In this document: piece by piece, positions 57,865-64,000 of the stretch | Numbering within the stretch: position 1 is the stretch's first letter | Layout of the letters: the number at the start of each line of letters is the position of its first letter | Assembly (NCBI GenBank): GCA_041744215.1 | Contig: JBGTLG010000015.1 | Span: 165,973-229,972 of the forward strand | Origin: Fimbriimonadales bacterium | GTDB lineage: Bacteria; Armatimonadota; Fimbriimonadia; Fimbriimonadales; ATM1 | Reading direction: 5' to 3' | DNA: 64,000 nt | The notes under the pieces: model-generated | The model's input: only the letters and a program-made list of their open reading frames with translations | The model's database searches: none | What the model was told of the DNA's origin: nothing | Made by a program: the position numbers and the translations under genes

Positions 57865-58674
57865 TTACGATGATGCAGCGCGCCAAATCTTCATCACCCG
57901 CCGAAGCAGCGCTTCAGCCTCTGAAAGGGGCCACTGAGTGGCAGAATCCGACTGCGCGCTCGCGGGATCAGGATGAACCTCCATGAATAACGCGTCGATG
58001 CCGACTGCGACAGCAGCGGACGCGAGAAACGGAATGGACTCCCTTGCTCCGCCTGTGACGTTGCCGCCTGCGCCGGGCCGTTGCGCGCTGTGGGTTGCGT
58101 CAAAACAAATCGGAACTCCGAACGAGCGCATGATCGGAAGCCCAGCCATGTCGACGATCAGGTTATTGTAACCAAACGTAGTGCCGCGCTCCGTAAGCAT
58201 CGTGCCACTTGCGCCTTCCAGCTTCTCAACGATGTTCTTTGTGTCCCATGGCGCAAGGAACTGGCCCTTCTTAACGTTCACAGGCTTGCCTGTTTCTTTG
58301 CATGCCTCAAGCAGATCCGTTTGTCGACAAAGGAATGCAGGAACCTGTAGCAAATCAACAATCTCGCCGACTGCGGCCGCTTGATCTGGCAAGTGCACGT
58401 CCGTGGTAACGGGCACTTGAAACTCGCGTCGGATCCGCTGCAAGACATTTAGCCCTGCATCCATACCCGCGCCACGCTGAGTGTCGGCGCCGCTTCGGTT
58501 CGCCTTATCAAACGACGCTTTGAAAACAAACTGAACAGACAGCGTCGAACAGATGCGCATCATTTCGCCGGCAACCTGGCGGCACAGATCAAAAGACTCC
58601 GCTAAACACGGGCCGGCAATAAGTACGGGATGTCCCGCGCCAACAGTAACCGCCCCCACCGAGAACGACTTCAC
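57865..58674 (-). CDS. kdsA: 3-deoxy-8-phosphooctulonate (KDO8P) synthase
   Basis: IAGPC, KASFDKANRS, QVPAFLCRQTDL, KKGQFLAP, ERGTTFGYNNL, FDATHS. Confidence 0.96.
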   Translation of the reverse strand: MKSFSVGAVTVGAGHPVLIAGPCLAESFDLCRQVAGEMMRICSTLSVQFVFKASFDKANRSGADTQRGAGMDAGLNVLQRIRREFQVPVTTDVHLPDQAAAVGEIVDLLQVPAFLCRQTDLLEACKETGKPVNVKKGQFLAPWDTKNIVEKLEGASGTMLTERGTTFGYNNLIVDMAGLPIMRSFGVPICFDATHSAQRPGAGGNVTGGARESIPFLASAAVAVGIDALFMEVHPDPASAQSDSATQWPLSEAEALLRRVMKIWRAASS

Positions 58675-60641
58675 TTTACGACCGTCGCTCCAGCTTTCTC
58701 CAAGATTTCCAGCCAGCCATCCGCGTTGATAAACTCAAGCTGAATGTGAACGAGTTGGCCCTGTGGATCATAGAATCGAATGTGCGGCAAGCTCTGCCAC
58801 CCGAAGTGTTTCTGCGTGCCTTCGATGTACGCCTCATCCACTCCAGTACTTGCGTCCATCTTGAACGCGACTACGTCTCGCATACTGACAATCACCCGAG
58901 GATCGCTAAGCGTCTTGTGCTCGATCTCTTGGCATGCCGCGCACCAGTTCGCGGTTCCGTCAACGATCACTGGCTTGCCCTGTCCCACTGCTCGCTCAAA
59001 CGCTTCAATCGTGAACGGTTGCCAAGCAATTTTTCGATTCACTTCCTGTTGCAGTTCTCTTTCGATCGCAACAAATCGGTTTTCCTTCAACTTCGAATCA
59101 AGATCGCTATACAGAAGCATGCCGTAAGCGACGGAACCGACCACTGTTGCGGTCCTTATCGCAGCAACAATTTTCGAAGAGAACGACCGATCGAAGTAGA
59201 CAAGATACGCGGCTCCTACCAGAAAGCCAGCGACGGTGATCCCCAGAGCGATCTCGTCCATGACACCGAAGCCGACAAGTGCCGGCCGCAAGAATCGATC
59301 TAATGCTAGCAGCACAACGATCAGCCCAAGAATCTTCTTGATCGAAACCAGCCACTCCGCAGATCGAGGCAGTTGCGCACCGGCTGCGGCAAGGAACACA
59401 TAGGGTAACCCCAGTCCGAGCCCCATACCAACAAAAATCGGCACGCCAAACTGCAGTCGGCCGTCTTTCGCAACCTCAGTTATGAAGTAAGCGATGAGCG
59501 CGGTTCCGCACGGTGCCGCGGCGAGGCCGAGCAGCGAACCCATTGTAAACGCTCCGACTCCACCGGACCTGCCTTTCAACTGCTTTTGTAAAAATCCCGG
59601 AAGTCGGATTTCGTATAGGCCAAACATCGATAGCGACAAGGCGATGAGCAACGCCGCCATCGCAGCGTTGAATGCTGCGGTTTGCGAAAGCGCGCCGAAT
59701 CCCGCGCCGAGCAGAGACGACACGGCCCCGAGAATTCCAAAACTGAGTGCGATCCCAAGCGCGTACATGGTCCCAAGCCCCAACTTGCTTCCGCCCTGCG
59801 AGCCCGCTTGGGAACTGAAAAAAGACAGCGTAATCGGTATGAGCGGATAAACGCACGGTGTCAGGTTTAGGCTCAGCCCCGCGAGAAAAGCACCGATGAG
59901 CAACGCGACGAACGCCGCGCTGACGGGGCCCGCTGCGCCACCGGCTGGCAACTCCTCAGCCCTGCTCGGATAGCCACCTTCCGGCACTGGAGCACCTTGC
60001 TCGGTCTGCTCGGGTTCCTCCGTCGGCTGGGCCGTTGTTTCGCCCGGATCGGGCTCCTCGGCTGACTGGACCGGCTCGTCCAGGGGCTTTTGTTCCGGCT
60101 TAACTTCCGTCTTTGATGGCGGCTCGACAGGCGGTTTCTCCTGGGTCGGCGGCGTCGCGGCCTTGGCGACGGTGAGGGTTGCCGCCACGGTCTCTGTCTG
60201 CGGCATGTAGCAGGCGGCGTCGTCGCACATCTGGATCCGAAATCGCAGCTGGACGGTGTGAGTCCCGGTCGCGGTCGACGGAATCTTGATCTCGACCGGG
60301 ATCCGCTGGGTTCCCTCGTAGACTCCGGCGGGATCGGGGCTGATGCCCTCGAAGACCTTCATCTGGCCACGCGGGTAGCGGACGAATGCCAGTTCGGTGC
60401 CTTCGCCCGCCGAGATTGCGAGCGGGATGTAGTCGGGGCTCGTCGGTGGATTGCTGTAAGCGTGGTATCCGCCGGGGATCACGACGGTTACGGTTCCCTT
60501 GACGGTGGCTCCCGGCTCCGCTGAGTTCGACTCGAGGCTGAGACTCCCGGTCGCCTTCGGCTGAGCGACAGCGAGCGCGAAGCAAGACAGCACGGCGAGG
60601 CTGAAGAAAGGGCGGAGCAGCTTTAGGCAGCGGTTTCTCAT
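58671..60641 (-). CDS. dsbD: Protein-disulfide reductase DsbD (N-terminal Ig domain, TM domain, thioredoxin domain)
   Basis: QMCDDAACYMP, LTPCVYPLIPI, APCG, ANWCAAC. Confidence 0.9.
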   Translation of the reverse strand: MRNRCLKLLRPFFSLAVLSCFALAVAQPKATGSLSLESNSAEPGATVKGTVTVVIPGGYHAYSNPPTSPDYIPLAISAGEGTELAFVRYPRGQMKVFEGISPDPAGVYEGTQRIPVEIKIPSTATGTHTVQLRFRIQMCDDAACYMPQTETVAATLTVAKAATPPTQEKPPVEPPSKTEVKPEQKPLDEPVQSAEEPDPGETTAQPTEEPEQTEQGAPVPEGGYPSRAEELPAGGAAGPVSAAFVALLIGAFLAGLSLNLTPCVYPLIPITLSFFSSQAGSQGGSKLGLGTMYALGIALSFGILGAVSSLLGAGFGALSQTAAFNAAMAALLIALSLSMFGLYEIRLPGFLQKQLKGRSGGVGAFTMGSLLGLAAAPCGTALIAYFITEVAKDGRLQFGVPIFVGMGLGLGLPYVFLAAAGAQLPRSAEWLVSIKKILGLIVVLLALDRFLRPALVGFGVMDEIALGITVAGFLVGAAYLVYFDRSFSSKIVAAIRTATVVGSVAYGMLLYSDLDSKLKENRFVAIERELQQEVNRKIAWQPFTIEAFERAVGQGKPVIVDGTANWCAACQEIEHKTLSDPRVIVSMRDVVAFKMDASTGVDEAYIEGTQKHFGWQSLPHIRFYDPQGQLVHIQLEFINADGWLEILEKAGATVVK

Positions 60642-60815
60642 GCGTTCAGTGATCCGGGCGTGGTGAAGGGAATTGGTCGGCGTCCCCTGAATCCGCCTCT
60701 GGATACACCCGTTATAACGCACGGGGAGCCGATTTTGCTCCTGACCCGGGCATCAGGGATGCTTTTGGCCCTCAATCAAGGCGAGATCCTGCCTCAACTC
60801 AGCATCGGCAATCGG

Positions 60816-61796
60816 TCAGATGTCGACAGATTTTCCAGACTTCGCGCTTGCCTGCGCAGCTTCGATGATCGCCATCGCAATCCGAACTTCCTCTGGCCTA
60901 ACGAACAGGCTATCGCCATGATTGAGGTGCCTGCTGACGTTCTCATAGAACGCGCCCCACTGACCTGGTTCTACGTCGACTTTCAACTCGCCGTGCAATC
61001 CGTCGAAGTTTCCACGAAGTGAAGCCGTCTCCCAATCCTGCATCTTTAGTGCGGCCTTCTCGCCTCGGATCAGCCAGCGAGGGCGGGTGTAGTGGCTGAT
61101 GCAGCCAACGTCGATTTCCGCAATCACCCCGTTATCAAAAGCGATCATCGCAGTCGTTTGCGTTTCGATGTCGACATCATGAACTCCATAACAACTCTGC
61201 GCGAAAACCGTTTTCGGTTTGGCAGGCAACATCAGCTGCACAATCTGATCGGTGAGGTGCGCGCCCCAGTCATAGAGCATTCCTCCACCCTGCGCTTTGA
61301 CGCCTCTCCAGCCGCCTGGAAACCACCAACCATTTACGCTCGATTCAATTTGAAAGACTTTTCCAAGCGCGCCACTCTCGATCACCTTTCGGACGGTGAG
61401 GTAGTCGCCGTCCCATCGCCGGTTCTGATAAACCGTTAGCATTTTCCCTGCCGCTTTCGCCGCGTCAATCATGTCGTCTGCCTCGCGCGTGTCGAGGCAC
61501 ATCACCTTCTCCGTAATGACATGCTTCCCCGCTCTGCTCGCCGCGATGCTAAGCGGCGCGTGCGTGTCGTGCGGCGTAATCAGCACGACCATGTCGACTT
61601 CAGCAGCTTCGAGAAGTTGCTCATAGGTGTCGTACACCTTCGCCTGCGGCTGTTCGTTCCTCGCGGCCTCGCGCCGCTCCTCTAAGACATCGTAGATGCC
61701 AACGAGCGACAAGCCTTCCGTTTTGTTCGCGTTTTCGGCGTGATGCTTGCCCATTCCAAACTGTGCGCCATAGCCGACGAGCGCGGTGCGAATCAT
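60816..61796 (-). CDS. Gfo/Idh/MocA family oxidoreductase
   Basis: ALVGYG, HVITEK, YQNRRWDGD, GGGMLYDWGAHLTD; start trimmed to MIRTAL. Confidence 0.92.
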   Translation of the reverse strand: MIRTALVGYGAQFGMGKHHAENANKTEGLSLVGIYDVLEERREAARNEQPQAKVYDTYEQLLEAAEVDMVVLITPHDTHAPLSIAASRAGKHVITEKVMCLDTREADDMIDAAKAAGKMLTVYQNRRWDGDYLTVRKVIESGALGKVFQIESSVNGWWFPGGWRGVKAQGGGMLYDWGAHLTDQIVQLMLPAKPKTVFAQSCYGVHDVDIETQTTAMIAFDNGVIAEIDVGCISHYTRPRWLIRGEKAALKMQDWETASLRGNFDGLHGELKVDVEPGQWGAFYENVSRHLNHGDSLFVRPEEVRIAMAIIEAAQASAKSGKSVDI

Positions 61797-61935
61797 GCGG
61801 GCGGGATTATGCCCTGAATCTGTCTCCGCCACACCGTGCTCTCTTTTCGGCGGCTGGGTTCGACTTGTGCGCCAGACTCGAGCCTCCTAATGATGGGGCT
61901 ACTCGGATTTTGTTGGTTGACCTGTTTGGTTTCAG

Positions 61936-61998
61936 ATTGTTAACGACTCATCGGGCTCACTGGACTCATCGAACTCATCACGTTTTAACATTGTTAAC
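61936..61998. repeat. Seven-unit 9-bp periodic repeat bounded by identical ATTGTTAAC units
   Basis: ATTGTTAAC GACTCATCG GGCTCACTG GACTCATCG AACTCATCA CGTTTTAAC ATTGTTAAC. Confidence 0.7.
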
Positions 61999-62264
61999 GC
62001 GGTTTCTTGAGTTCAGCGGATGGGTCGGATGCGGTGTTGCGAGCAGTTCGGACGCATTCGTTCTCGTACAGGGCCACCGTCGGTTAAGTCCTCGGGAGGG
62101 GCAGAAGTCAACCTGTTGTGACACCGGCAGTCGCGGCGGCGGGGGGATGATGCTGGCCTTGGCAGTTCACGGACAGATTCTTTGCGAGCAGTGGAATCAC
62201 GAAGTTAGTTGAAGAATCTGTCAGTGCCACCCGGTCTTAACACACTGAGAGTGTAACACCACGC

Positions 62265-62348
62265 ATGGAAGTGGTTTACGAGACCACCCGTCTGGCGCTC
62301 GGACTGCTGTTGTTGTTCCTTCTTTGGAAAGGTGTTCTCCAACCTTAG
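62265..62348 (+). CDS. Candidate 27-aa single-TM small protein
   Basis: MEVVYETTRLALGLLLLFLLWKGVLQP*; below the ORF-track cutoff; no SD. Confidence 0.3.
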   Translation: MEVVYETTRLALGLLLLFLLWKGVLQP

Positions 62349-62518
62349 TTTAGCCCGGTAAAACTAGCTGATCGACAAAAACCTTGCGGGTTTTGCGACA
62401 GTTGGTTGTTAGTCTGTTGTACTATGCTTTGGGAGGCGAAAATCGATAGCGCCGCCCATGTAGGGGACTGCCCCGGAACTGTCGGGGGCACAGTCTTGAG
62501 ACTGAAGGAGATTCGAGA

Positions 62519-63217
62519 ATGCGAACAGTGATTCTTATTGGGTTCCTGCTGCCGTGGGCGGCCATGGGGCAATCTTTCAACGTGGACCTAGATGTGTTCG
62601 ACGGGGGCCCTACCGTCGGCGAGGGCTCGCCCTCCGATGCCTTTGGAGGCGCGGCAAATCAACCCGGCCGGTGGAACCAAGTCAACGGCTCCTTTCATGG
62701 CATGACACAGCTGATGAATCTCGATGGAAGTCTGAGCAATGTCTTTATGTCGATCAATGGAATCATTCAACGTGGAGGGTGGAACAACCCGCTAAATTCC
62801 GGAGATTTCCGCCTTCTTTATAACGACGCAACGACAGTGTTTGGAGCGGTCACTTGGACCTTTGTTGGTATACAGCCGGGGTGGTATAGCGTGATCGTTT
62901 ATGCTGTAAGCCCAATTCCCGCACATAATGTGGCTCGACCCATCGAGGTTTTCGTCGATGGCGCATCGGGCAAAAATCCGCAAGTAGTTACCGGCCCGAT
63001 GCCGGGCAACAGTTTTGAATATCTTATCACCCATTCAAAGCACGATGTGCTCGTTACTTCTGGGCCGCTCCGCTTCACAGTCAGCACGACCTTGAACGAG
63101 TGGCAACATGTTAACGGTTTTCAAATCTCACCTGTGCCCGAATCGGGCACGCTTGCCATTATTGCGCCTGGTGTGGTCTGGCTGTGGACACTTAGGCGTC
63201 GACCCATCCGCCGGTAG
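62519..63217 (+). CDS. PEP-CTERM-like sorting domain surface protein
   Basis: Signal peptide; VNGFQI; C-terminal VPESGTLAIIAPGVVWLWTLRRRPIRR. Confidence 0.82.
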   Translation: MRTVILIGFLLPWAAMGQSFNVDLDVFDGGPTVGEGSPSDAFGGAANQPGRWNQVNGSFHGMTQLMNLDGSLSNVFMSINGIIQRGGWNNPLNSGDFRLLYNDATTVFGAVTWTFVGIQPGWYSVIVYAVSPIPAHNVARPIEVFVDGASGKNPQVVTGPMPGNSFEYLITHSKHDVLVTSGPLRFTVSTTLNEWQHVNGFQISPVPESGTLAIIAPGVVWLWTLRRRPIRR

Positions 63218-63271
63218 GGTGCGCCAGCACCGGATCCGGCCCTATCAGAAACATCACGTTTGGAGACAATA

Positions 63272-64000
63272 ATGAAACTGAATAGAAACACGGTTGTCAC
63301 GATGCTGGCAACTCCTATTGTGGCCGTTTCGACGGCATTTCTACAACCCGATCCAGATTGGACAGCGAGGTACAACGGATCAGCCGACGGCGAAGACATC
63401 GCGAATGGGGTCGCCGTCGACGTGTTCGGGAACACGATCGTCACTGGACGCGCCGAAGAGACCGGCAATGGACTCGACGCCGTTACCCGCTCGTATTCCC
63501 CGACCGGATCGCTCAATTGGTCAACGCCATTCAATAGTCCGATCGACGGAGACGACGAAGGCGTAGCTCTCGTCGTCGACAAGGCGGGCAATACCTATGT
63601 TGCGGTCACGTCCGAAGGCGACGGAACCGGCAAGGACATGGTCGTCCTGAAGATCGATCCCAACGGGAGCTTGTCCTCTGACTGGTCGAGCACAGGCGAG
63701 GGCCCTGGCGTTCGCCGCTACGACCATGACGAGAGCGAGGAGATCGCGTACGACATCGCGCTCGATGAAGAAGGAAACGTGTATGTGACCGGCACCACCG
63801 ATGGAAACGGTACCGAGCTTGACGTACTCGTTATCAAGATCAAACCGGACGGCACGATAAACCCTGGGGGCGAAAACTGGCCCGCCGTCTACGACGGCGC
63901 AGAACAAGACGACGTCGGTCGCTCGATAGCGACGGACAAGGACGGTCACGTTGTGGTCGCGGGATACACCAATACGACCACGACCAGTATCGGCGACAGG
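63272..64000 (+). CDS. Secreted beta-propeller (SBBP-repeat-like) protein; runs off the right edge
   Basis: Not in the ORF track (no stop in the window). MKLNRNTVVTMLATPIVAVSTA signal, then repeats GVAVDVFGNTIVTG / LVVDKAGNTYVAV / IALDEEGNVYVTG / IATDKDGHVVVAG; SD GGAG. Confidence 0.85.
   Translation, partial: MKLNRNTVVTMLATPIVAVSTAFLQPDPDWTARYNGSADGEDIANGVAVDVFGNTIVTGRAEETGNGLDAVTRSYSPTGSLNWSTPFNSPIDGDDEGVALVVDKAGNTYVAVTSEGDGTGKDMVVLKIDPNGSLSSDWSSTGEGPGVRRYDHDESEEIAYDIALDEEGNVYVTGTTDGNGTELDVLVIKIKPDGTINPGGENWPAVYDGAEQDDVGRSIATDKDGHVVVAGYTNTTTTSIGDR

Noticed and set aside
61763-62212. 149-aa + strand ORF in the intergenic gap
   Set aside because: It overlaps the divergent oxidoreductase start, runs through repeats, and has no SD or recognisable motifs.
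62467-62490. ACTGCCCCGGAACTGT, resembling part of a cobalamin riboswitch
   Set aside because: The other conserved elements (GGGAA..GGTG.AA.TCC, B12 box) are missing and the space is too short; a simple TGCCCC/GGGGCA hairpin explains it.
1-64000. CRISPR arrays, tRNA/rRNA genes, IS transposases, prophage or defence genes; also the many short antisense or alternative-frame ORFs in the track
   Set aside because: No repeat-spacer arrays, cloverleafs or corresponding protein motifs were seen by eye. The short ORFs are shadows of well-supported genes in GC-rich DNA.

Overview
Gene-dense chromosomal segment of a moderately GC-rich diderm bacterium, most likely Armatimonadota (Fimbriimonadia-like). 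That assignment is an inference from three PEP-CTERM proteins, a prepilin-type/H-G-motif protein, kdsA and the style of the hypothetical proteins. The window is mostly housekeeping and metabolic genes: thrC, rplJL, xerD, carAB, recO, prs, glmU, dapA, ppdK, kdsA, dsbD, aldehyde dehydrogenase, fucosidase and transporters. It also has two tandem flagellins, a sensor kinase, an HD-GYP pair and several ECF sigma/anti-sigma modules. I saw no rRNA, tRNA, CRISPR array, transposase or prophage. The best candidates for undescribed biology are (i) a translationally coupled 4-6 gene membrane-protein operon built around two related DUF6754-like subunits (30418-35624) and (ii) a 1161-aa repeat-built outer-membrane beta-barrel with a SprA-like N-terminal motif (9378-12863). 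Regulatory signals read directly from the DNA are an 11-bp-periodic Pho-box-like array, CsrA-type GGA hairpins in both flagellin leaders, a recurrent ECF promoter motif, an L10 leader and many leaderless-type -10 boxes. Family names are from motif recognition and memory, not from database searches.
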